Assembly (NCBI GenBank): GCA_046303115.1
Contig: JBKCGZ010000143.1
Coordinates: forward strand, 19,323-83,322
Direction: 5' to 3'
Source of the DNA: Bacteroidota bacterium
Lineage (GTDB): Bacteria > Bacteroidota > Bacteroidia > AKYH767-A > OLB10
DNA: 64,000 nt
Shown here: positions 51,017 to 59,714 of the stretch, piece by piece
Layout: each line of letters opens with the position of its first letter
How positions within the stretch are numbered: the stretch's first letter is position 1
The notes under the pieces: generated by a model
Databases searched by the model: none
Seen by the model: the letters and a program-made list of their open reading frames with translations, nothing else
Told to the model about the DNA's origin: nothing
Made by a program: the position numbers and the translations under genes

Positions 51017-51042
51017 AAGCATCGGGTTTAAACCCGATGCTT
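51017..51042. promoter_or_regulatory. 26-bp perfect palindrome AAGCATCGGGTTTAAACCCGATGCTT in a divergent intergenic region
   Basis: 13+13 bp with no spacer, located between the divergently transcribed 50065-50997 (-) and 51083-51880 (+) genes. Confidence 0.4.
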
Positions 51043-51082
51043 AATTGAAATTATTCCCCAAAAAATCCACTACCTTCACATC

Positions 51083-51880
51083 ATGAATCCAAATAATTAC
51101 ATCGAATTCAACAAAGCATCGTGGAATCAAAAAACACAATTGCATTTTGATTCTGAATTTTATAATAACGCTGCATTTATTGATGGAAAGAATACACTGA
51201 ATGAAATTGAACTAACCCTACTCGGTGATGTGCGCGGAAAGAAAATCTTACATCTGCAATGTCATTTCGGACAAGATACGCTTTCGCTACAACGGATGGG
51301 CGCAAACGTTACTGGGGTCGATTTTTCAGAGGCGGCAATTGAAAAGGCAAAACTTTTAAATGATCAACTCGGACTTAATGCAAATTTTATCTGTTGTGAT
51401 TTATACAGCTTGCCCGATTATTTGCAAAACGAAAAGTTCGATATTGTTTTTACTAGCTACGGAACAATTGGCTGGTTACCCGATATTGATAAATGGGCAA
51501 GTATTGTAGCTCAGTATTTAAGGCCAGATGGCAAATTTATTTTTGCGGAGTTTCATCCTGTTATCTGGATGTATGATAACGACTTTACTAAAATTACTTA
51601 CTCCTATTTTAAGCAAGATGCAATCATAGAAACAGAATCAGGTTCCTATGCATCTCGTGACAGCGGCGAACCATTTACTACTATTACGTGGAATCATTCG
51701 ATTGGTGAAGTGGTGAGTGCTTTAACTAAACAAGGACTAAAAATTACTCACATGCAGGAATATGATTATTCGCCTTATAACTGTCTCACCTATTTGACCG
51801 AGTCGGAACCAGGAAAATTCAGAATTAAGGACTTAGACAAGATGGTTCCGATGGTGTATTCGTTGGTGTCTAGTCTATAA
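51083..51880 (+). CDS. Class I SAM-dependent methyltransferase
   Basis: 265 aa. Motif I ILHLQCHFGQDT and an acidic post-I residue (VTGVDFS). Confidence 0.8.
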   Translation: MNPNNYIEFNKASWNQKTQLHFDSEFYNNAAFIDGKNTLNEIELTLLGDVRGKKILHLQCHFGQDTLSLQRMGANVTGVDFSEAAIEKAKLLNDQLGLNANFICCDLYSLPDYLQNEKFDIVFTSYGTIGWLPDIDKWASIVAQYLRPDGKFIFAEFHPVIWMYDNDFTKITYSYFKQDAIIETESGSYASRDSGEPFTTITWNHSIGEVVSALTKQGLKITHMQEYDYSPYNCLTYLTESEPGKFRIKDLDKMVPMVYSLVSSL

Positions 51881-51932
51881 TCCTACATAAACATTGCTTT
51901 AAAATCTGAGGCTGATTCAGTACCTTTGCCCC

Positions 51933-52118
51933 ATGGGATTTGCTGATAAATTTGATAAGGAGGATTATTACCTTTCGCCGGAAGGTTTTATTGTTTTTAC
52001 AGAGAAATACCATTTGAAAAGAGGTCATTGTTGTCAGAGTGGTTGCAAGCATTGTCCTTGGGATTACAAGAATAAAATGCAGAAGAAAAAGAACCCCGAC
52101 GCAGACGCAACGAGGTAA
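51933..52118 (+). CDS. DUF5522-like small Cys-rich protein
   Basis: 61 aa. FTEKYHLKRGHCCQSGCKHCPW, a CC-x2-C-x2-C cluster typical of this small Bacteroidota family. Confidence 0.55.
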   Translation: MGFADKFDKEDYYLSPEGFIVFTEKYHLKRGHCCQSGCKHCPWDYKNKMQKKKNPDADATR

Positions 52119-52230
52119 ATAAATGAACGAGATTTTAAACTTAAATTAAATACATGCGTTAGGGATTGTCATGAAGTAGTAACACTTCATGATTAATTAT
52201 CAAGTCCCCAAGCAATATAAAAAAGAAACT

Positions 52231-53913
52231 ATGATTACTTCAACCAATCAGGAAAAACTGGATTTATCTAAAACGAAAACGCCAACTGGCACCACCTTAA
52301 ATTGTAAAGGATGGATTCAAGAAGCCGCTTTGCGTATGTTACATAACAACCTCGATCCCGATGTGGCAGAGCGCCCAGAGGATTTAATTGTATATGGCGG
52401 ACGTGGGAAAGCAGCTCGTAATGTGGAGTCGTTTAATTTAATTGTGAAAGCGCTAAAAGAATTGAACGATGATGAAACATTAGTTGTGCAGAGTGGAAAG
52501 CCTGTTGCGATTCTTCCAACACATAAGGATGCTCCTCGTGTAGTAATCAGCAATTCGCAGTTAGTACCGAAGTGGGCAACATGGGAGCATTTTGATGAGT
52601 TAGAGAAGAAAGGGTTGATGATGTATGGACAAATGACTGCTGGCTCGTGGATATATATTGGCTCGCAAGGAATTGTTCAAGGTACGTATGAAACTTTTAA
52701 TGCTGTGGCAGAAAAACATTTTGGTGGTTCGTTAAAAGGACGCTTATGTGTTACAGCAGGCTTAGGTGGTATGGGTGGAGCTCAACCATTAGCCATCACC
52801 ATGGCAGAAGGTGTTTGCCTTGCTGCAGAGGTTGAAGAATGGCGCGCACAAAAGCGTATCGAGACGCGTTACTTAGACGTGATTGAACATGATATTGATA
52901 AAGCAATTGATTTAGCGTTGGAGTTTAAAGCGAATGGAGAGAATAAATCGATTGGTGTTATTTGTACTGCAGTAAAATTATTACGCCGCTTGAAAGAGCG
53001 CGGAATTGTTCCTGATGTATTAACTGATCAAACATCGGCGCACGATCCATTAGTTGGTTATTTACCAGAAGGTTTATCAAATGAAGAAGCGAATGTATTA
53101 CGTGAAAAAGATCCGAAGCATTTAGTAGACATGAGCTACGATGCAATGGCAGAGCACGTACAGTTGATGTTGGATTTACAGTCAATGGGAGCAATTACAT
53201 TTGACTATGGAAATAATTTAAGAGCTCGTGCGCAAGAGCGTGGAATTAAAAATGCATTTGATTTCCCTGGTTTCGTACCAGCATATATTCGTCCGTTGTT
53301 TTGCGAAGGAAAAGGTCCGTTTAGATGGGCAGCTTTATCAGGAGACCCAGAAGATATTCGTGTAACGGATGAGGCTATCCTAAATTTATTCCCAGATAAT
53401 GTTGGATTACATCGTTGGATAAAAATGGCACAGGAGCGGATTGCGTTTCAAGGATTACCTGCTCGTATTTGCTGGATTGGACAAGGTGATAGAGAGAAAG
53501 CAGGTTTATTGTTTAATGAATTAGTTAGAACTGGAAAAGTAAAAGCACCGATTGTAATTGGTCGTGATCACTTAGATACTGGTTCTGTGGCTAGCCCTAA
53601 CCGTGAGACAGAAGCGATGTTAGATGGATCGGATGCTGTTGCAGACTGGCCAATATTAAATGCGTTGATTAATACAGCTGGTGGTGCATCGTGGGTAAGC
53701 TTACATCACGGTGGTGGTGTTGGAATGGGATATTCTATTCACTCAGGAATGGTGATTGTTGCTGATGGAACTGCTGATGCAGATGCGCGTTTGAAGCGTG
53801 TATTACATAACGATCCAGGTATGGGAGTTATTCGCCATATGGATGCAGGTTATGATATTGCATTAGACACTGCAAGAAAACATCGTTTAGATATTCGCGA
53901 GCGTTTGAAATAA
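52231..53913 (+). CDS. hutU: Urocanate hydratase
   Basis: [39 protein letters not shown]. The start was taken at MITSTNQEK by length comparison with Pseudomonas-type HutU; the ORF track opens at 52189. Confidence 0.95.
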   Translation: MITSTNQEKLDLSKTKTPTGTTLNCKGWIQEAALRMLHNNLDPDVAERPEDLIVYGGRGKAARNVESFNLIVKALKELNDDETLVVQSGKPVAILPTHKDAPRVVISNSQLVPKWATWEHFDELEKKGLMMYGQMTAGSWIYIGSQGIVQGTYETFNAVAEKHFGGSLKGRLCVTAGLGGMGGAQPLAITMAEGVCLAAEVEEWRAQKRIETRYLDVIEHDIDKAIDLALEFKANGENKSIGVICTAVKLLRRLKERGIVPDVLTDQTSAHDPLVGYLPEGLSNEEANVLREKDPKHLVDMSYDAMAEHVQLMLDLQSMGAITFDYGNNLRARAQERGIKNAFDFPGFVPAYIRPLFCEGKGPFRWAALSGDPEDIRVTDEAILNLFPDNVGLHRWIKMAQERIAFQGLPARICWIGQGDREKAGLLFNELVRTGKVKAPIVIGRDHLDTGSVASPNRETEAMLDGSDAVADWPILNALINTAGGASWVSLHHGGGVGMGYSIHSGMVIVADGTADADARLKRVLHNDPGMGVIRHMDAGYDIALDTARKHRLDIRERLK

Positions 53914-53925
53914 AATTCAGTATTA

Positions 53926-53961
53926 AAAAGTAACCCCGTAGTACGTACTACGGGGTTTTTA
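53926..53961. terminator. Bidirectional intrinsic terminator between hutU and the LOX-domain gene
   Basis: AACCCCGTAGTAC/GTACTACGGGGTT perfect 13-bp palindromic stem (53932-53957), with an A-run on the left and a T-run on the right, between convergent genes. Confidence 0.85.
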
Positions 53962-53977
53962 TTGGTTTGAAGTTTTA

Positions 53978-56392
53978 CTATTTCACTTTGATGATGCGCG
54001 TAGAGAGTGTGATATTCTCATTTTTCACTTCTAAGAAATAAACACCTTCGGGAAGATTATTTGTTTCTAGTTGATTATCGCGGCTATTAAAATGCTCTAC
54101 TGATTTTGTCTGAACAATTTGTCCAAGTGGATTAATTAAATTGATAACAACTTGCTTTCCGTTAAATGTTGGACAATTTACCGTGATGGTATTTTTAAAT
54201 GGATTAGGAGCAGCTGTTAGCAAACTACTATTCGACACATATCCGATACCGGTAGTATTGATAGTAACGCATCCGTTTACAATTGCATGATTAGCTTCTT
54301 CGTAATCTGAATTGACAGCTGAGTAAAAATCATCAATACAAACTAAAGTCGAAGTAGTAGATTGATAATACACTCTGAACATTGGAACAGCTACCGTTTG
54401 TTTAGTTAAGGACACTTCGTCAATTGCCAATGCCACTACTCTACCGTTTGAAGGAACAAAGGCAATGTAAGGGTTAAACAAAGGACTAATATTTTTAATT
54501 GAATCAATGATTAATCCGGAGATATGAAAATCTACACCAAGTAATCGCCCATCAGGATTAGCAATAGCTACATCAATAAATTTGTTTTGTGTATTGACAC
54601 TGTCGATGCTGATGTAAACCGTTTGCAAAACATTCTTTAAATTTTTAGGAAAGTCGCAATGCGAATGCGTGATACTTGTCCCGTTCGGATGCGTATGCGT
54701 TCCAGCAGAATCACGAATACAACCATTCAATTTAGCTGCATCAGTTACTGTTAATTTGTTGTCACCATTTAAATCGTTGCAAGGCGTTACATTAGCAAGG
54801 TTAACAATATCGATACAATAGTTAATTAAATCGATTGAATCACGATCAGCATCAATATCCCAATCGCCGGACAAACGAGAACCATTACAATCACCAATAC
54901 AATCTTTCTTTGCCAAACCGAATGTATCTCCTAAACAATCAACAATAGGAACACACGATGGTGTATTATTAAGTGTTGCGACAATATTACCCGTCGCTCG
55001 TGATAAATTAAAGCACATATACGCCACGTTATTCGAATAATCCGTTTCTACATGTCCGAGTTTATCTGGCGACTGGTCCCAATTTACTTTAACAACTAAT
55101 GTATATTTTCCATCAGGAACATCGGTAATATCTATCCATTGACAAGATAAGCCTGAGCTATACTCATCGGCACATCCCGCAGAGATACCCATATTTCCAC
55201 AGCCATATTTTGCAGTACCTGTGAAGCACATTAAATCAAGTACACAAAATCCATTTTTAAAACCGACTTGCATTTCATTTTGCAGAGAGTCATACAGTTC
55301 ATACTTCGCATATCCTGCATAATGCCAGTGTCCGTGGCAGTTATCAAAAACAAATTGCGAGTTTCCTGTTTGTGGCGGACCGATATAATAATCTTGATCA
55401 CCATCGTTGGAAATACGTGTTGTAAAATTAATTATATCACGTTGACCATATCCTGAAGTACATCCTTCGCCAATTAAACAAACATCGTTACCATTGATTG
55501 AAGAAACATAAAGTGAATTGCGTAATACATTTTGATCAACAACTAAATCAGGACCGTGATTACAATTTGGATCGCCTGGGTATATACATGTATTGTTGTC
55601 AATACTTGCAAGCGGATTAAAATTACATGCAGTAGAATCCATGCAGCCCACAATAGGTCCGCCATAAGTAATTTGCCACGTTATGTTGCTATCAATACAA
55701 GACGAATCACCACCCACACGTATGTAATAAGTTTGACCAGCCTGTAAACCAGCAGGCAAGTATGATTGAATACCACAAGCATCATCATTGTAGTAAATTG
55801 TTCCATACTGAAGTGAATCCCAGACTAAATTATTGCAATGATCATACACCCAAAGTCGTGTATTGCAGGTATTATCCGGAAAGCATGCGCTAATATTAAA
55901 CATACCAGTAGAATCTGGAGTAAACTCATACCATGTTGATGCACCTACTGAATTATAAATTGTGTCCTGATAAGCAGTAAATGCGTCGCTGCAATAAGAC
56001 CCTGGAGGACAATTAACATAAGAGGTCGCAGAATACGTAAACTGTCCTCCACTATCAGCTACTGCTCCATTCACCGACAAAGTATAATGACCGATTCCGT
56101 AGTTACAGCAAATACCATCACCATAGGAATCCTGAATAATAAATTTTACACAAGTACCCGTAGGAACACAGATTGAATCAGCATAAAATGATGCGACTGC
56201 CATACCTTGTTGGCTTGAAAGTAAGATAGCACCGGTATTGTTATATAGACTCCAACTTGTTTCCTGGGGATAATTATCAGTTAAAAGTTCGACTTTGATA
56301 AGGTCATAACCGGCAGGACACTGTGCTTTTAAAGCAGTTGAAAATGAAAAACAAAAGAGAATCAATGCGATAATTCGGATGTATTTATTCAT
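53978..56392 (-). CDS. T9SS type A cargo protein containing a lysyl oxidase-like catalytic domain, a dockerin-like module and an N-terminal Cys-rich domain
   Basis: The ORF track runs to 56422, but the Met 11 start gives a clean signal peptide ([23 protein letters not shown]). LOX motifs: CHGHWHY, GFKNGFC and CQWIDITDV. Ca-binding pair: [12 protein letters not shown] / [12 protein letters not shown]. C-terminal Por_Secre_tail: [11 protein letters not shown]...[22 protein letters not shown]. Confidence 0.8.
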   Translation of the reverse strand: [804 protein letters not shown]

Positions 56393-56543
56393 AAGTAAAT
56401 TTTGATTTTCAATATTAAGCATTTTTTCAATTACTACAGTGATTAAAAAAGTCTCGATTTGTTAAAAACTATTTATTAAAAATTAGACTTAATAGCCATT
56501 AAAATTCCATTCATCAGAAAGTGAAGATGTATATTTGTGGCTT

Positions 56544-58934
56544 ATGTCAGAATATTTACAACAATTAAACGAAGCGCAGTGTGATGCAGTTGTTCAGACA
56601 GAGGGCCCAGTGATGATTATTGCAGGTGCAGGCTCAGGAAAAACAAGAGTATTAACCTTTCGAATAGCACATTTATTAAATAACGGCGTTGATGCATTTC
56701 AGATATTGGCTTTAACATTTACGAATAAAGCTGCACGTGAAATGAAAGAGCGGATCAATAAGGTAGCAGGAACAGAAGCGAAGAACTTATGGATGGGTAC
56801 ATTTCACTCGGTATTTGCGAAAATTTTACGCATTGAAGCAGATAAAATTGGATTTCCGACCAACTTTACTATTTACGATAGTGATGATAGTAAAAGTTTG
56901 ATGCGCGATATTTTGAAAGAGCAAAATTTAGATGATAAAACATACAAACCTTCTGTTGTTTTAAATCGTATTTCTAGTGCAAAAAATAATTTATACAACT
57001 GGCAGCAATATGCTCATAATCCAGAAGTATTAAGTGAGGATAAAAGCACTGGCCGCCCGCTAACAGCTACACTTTTTGAGATGTATAGCAAGCGTTGCTT
57101 TAATGCATCGGCTATGGACTTTGATGATATTTTGTACTACACCTGGAAATTATTTCAAGACCATCCAGATGTATTGTACAAGTATCAGAATAAATTCAAG
57201 TACATCATGGTGGATGAGTTTCAAGACACCAACTATGTGCAGTATGTAATCGTAAGAAAATTATCTGCGCAACATCAGAACATCTGTGTGGTAGGTGACG
57301 ATGCACAAAGTATTTATGCATTCCGCGGAGCAAATATTCAGAACATTTTAAATTTTGAAAAAGATTATCCTGAATTAAGAACTTTTAAGCTTGAGCAAAA
57401 TTACCGCAGCACAAAAATGATTGTTCAAGCTGCGAATAGTATAATTGCTAAGAATAAACATCAATTAAAAAAGGATGTTTGGACCGATAATCACTACGGT
57501 GAAAAAATTAAAGTAATTAAATCGCTTTCTGATAATGAAGAAGGCAACATGGTTGCTAATTCCATTTTTCAGGAGAAGATGAACCATCAATTGCACAATA
57601 AAGACTTTGCTATTTTATATCGTACCAATGCACAGTCGCGATCGATGGAAGAAGCATTAAGACGATTAAATATTCCTTATCGTGTCTATGGCGGCACTTC
57701 GTTTTACAATCGAAAAGAGATTAAAGATTTATTAGCTTATTTCCGCTTAGCAATTAATCCAAGTGATGAAGAAGCAATCAAACGAATCATTAACTACCCT
57801 ACTCGAGGAATTGGAAAAACAACGCTCGATAAATTAGTTGCAACAGCAGTCAATGAAGGAAAAAGTTTGTGGGAGATTTTATGCAATGTTGAAACAGGAA
57901 CAACACAATTAAACTCTGGAACAAGAGAAAAGATTAGTGCATTTGCCACGATGGTAAAGAGTTGGCAAATCATGTTGCCTACGCATAACGCTTACGATTT
58001 AGCTCATCATATTGCAGGTGCTTGCGGATTACTTACCGAATTATATGCTGATAGAACGCCAGAAGGAATTAGTCATTACGAAAACGTGCAAGAGTTATTG
58101 AATGGTATTAAAGAGTTTTGTGATTCAGGAGAAGTTCCGTTAGAAGTGCCATCTGCTGAAATAGCACAGAATGGTATTAGAACATTGGATTTATACTTAC
58201 AGGATATTGCATTGCTGACAGATGCTGATAATGATAAAGATGATGATGATAATAAAGTCATGCTAATGACTATTCATAGTGCTAAAGGATTAGAGTTTAT
58301 GAATGTTTATGTTGTTGGAATGGAGGAGGCTTTATTTCCATCACAACTAGCCTTGAATTCACGTACGGAGTTAGAAGAAGAGCGAAGATTATTTTATGTA
58401 GCGGTTACTCGTGCTGAACGCAAACTGACATTATCGTATGCGGTGAGTCGTTATAAATGGGGCAACCTGGTTAACTCAGCTCCAAGTCGTTTTTTAGAGG
58501 AGATTGATGAAGATTGCTTAGAAATTATAAATACAGTTCCGAAAGCCAGAACATTTAATGATGATGATACGCGTAGCTCATGGGGAGGAGGAAATAACTT
58601 CGGAATGAAGCAGCGGTATACGAATCAAAATGGGCTGCAGAAAAAGACGGAAACTCCGAAAAATACTGCTCCTCCAAAACCAAGTGGTATTCCCGTAGGA
58701 TTTAAAAAAGTAACCAACGCGCAACCTGCTTCAAGTACAAGCAACAGCGACTTTGTAGCGGATGAACCTTCGAAGATTCAGGTGGGCATGAATGTGAATC
58801 ACCAGCGCTTTGGCAATGGACAAGTAATAAGCATTGAAGGCAGATTTCCCGACAGTAAAGCAATCATATTATTTGAACAGGAAGGGCAGAAGCAACTCTT
58901 ACTTAAGTTTGCCAAACTTAAAATTCTGAATTAA
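56544..58934 (+). CDS. ATP-dependent DNA helicase, UvrD/PcrA/Rep family
   Basis: AGAGSGKT (motif I), VDEFQDTN (motif II), QNYRS and TIHSAKGLEF. The start was taken at MSEYLQQLNEAQ. Confidence 0.93.
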   Translation: MSEYLQQLNEAQCDAVVQTEGPVMIIAGAGSGKTRVLTFRIAHLLNNGVDAFQILALTFTNKAAREMKERINKVAGTEAKNLWMGTFHSVFAKILRIEADKIGFPTNFTIYDSDDSKSLMRDILKEQNLDDKTYKPSVVLNRISSAKNNLYNWQQYAHNPEVLSEDKSTGRPLTATLFEMYSKRCFNASAMDFDDILYYTWKLFQDHPDVLYKYQNKFKYIMVDEFQDTNYVQYVIVRKLSAQHQNICVVGDDAQSIYAFRGANIQNILNFEKDYPELRTFKLEQNYRSTKMIVQAANSIIAKNKHQLKKDVWTDNHYGEKIKVIKSLSDNEEGNMVANSIFQEKMNHQLHNKDFAILYRTNAQSRSMEEALRRLNIPYRVYGGTSFYNRKEIKDLLAYFRLAINPSDEEAIKRIINYPTRGIGKTTLDKLVATAVNEGKSLWEILCNVETGTTQLNSGTREKISAFATMVKSWQIMLPTHNAYDLAHHIAGACGLLTELYADRTPEGISHYENVQELLNGIKEFCDSGEVPLEVPSAEIAQNGIRTLDLYLQDIALLTDADNDKDDDDNKVMLMTIHSAKGLEFMNVYVVGMEEALFPSQLALNSRTELEEERRLFYVAVTRAERKLTLSYAVSRYKWGNLVNSAPSRFLEEIDEDCLEIINTVPKARTFNDDDTRSSWGGGNNFGMKQRYTNQNGLQKKTETPKNTAPPKPSGIPVGFKKVTNAQPASSTSNSDFVADEPSKIQVGMNVNHQRFGNGQVISIEGRFPDSKAIILFEQEGQKQLLLKFAKLKILN

Positions 58935-59072
58935 GCAAAAATTGTTGTACCTTGCGTGTTGAAATTTAACTAGAATTATTTTCTCTTTGAAATAATAATC
59001 GGTTAATTTTGTTGTTATGCAGTTATTGTGTTTGATAACAGACTGCTCTAAAATCAAGAATTATTTTAATTA

Positions 59073-59714
59073 ATGGAATATAACACATCCCGAGCATCGC
59101 TCATTTTTCCCGAATACGGACGCGCCATTCAAGAAATGGTGAATTATGCAAAAGAATTACCTACTAAAGAAGAGAGGACTGCTGCTGCTAAAACAATTGT
59201 AAACGCCATGGCTGTTTTACATCCCCAGCAAAAAGACATGACAGACTACCGTCATAAATTATGGGATCATTTGTTCATTATTGCTGACTTTAACCTTGAT
59301 TGCGAATCACCTTACCCAATGCCTGATCCAGAGATTGTGAGTAAGAAGCCTAAACCTATTACTTATCCGCAAAAGAATATCCGCATGCGCCACTATGGAA
59401 GCATTGTTGAGAAAATGATTGCAGAAGCAAAGAATATGGAAGAAGGTGCAGAGCGTGAAAGCGTAATAGAGCAAATTGCGAATTTTATGAAGATGAGTTA
59501 TCTTACATGGAATCGTGATACGGTTAGTGATGAATTAATTTTTGATCAATTGAAAGAATTTTCGGGTGGGTTATTATCGGTGAAAGAAGATACAAAGCTG
59601 GCAACTAAGTTTGTCGATTTACAAGACACCAGCAGAAATCGTAATCACCATAACAACAATAACAAAAATCATCGCTCAGGTAAAAAACGTAATGGATTTA
59701 ACCGTGGAAAATAA
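59073..59714 (+). CDS. DUF4290 domain protein
   Basis: 213 aa. N-terminus MEYNTSRASLIFPEYGRAIQEMV, a basic Asn/His-rich tail, and the conserved position immediately upstream of murA in Bacteroidota. Confidence 0.65.
   Translation: MEYNTSRASLIFPEYGRAIQEMVNYAKELPTKEERTAAAKTIVNAMAVLHPQQKDMTDYRHKLWDHLFIIADFNLDCESPYPMPDPEIVSKKPKPITYPQKNIRMRHYGSIVEKMIAEAKNMEEGAERESVIEQIANFMKMSYLTWNRDTVSDELIFDQLKEFSGGLLSVKEDTKLATKFVDLQDTSRNRNHHNNNNKNHRSGKKRNGFNRGK

Noticed and set aside
52170-52193. 9-bp-stem hairpin TCATGAAGT...ACTTCATGA at the hutU 5' end
   Set aside because: It is an isolated, AT-rich short stem. It may simply sit in the leader if hutU starts at 52231, and no matching element or known hut regulatory site was recognised.
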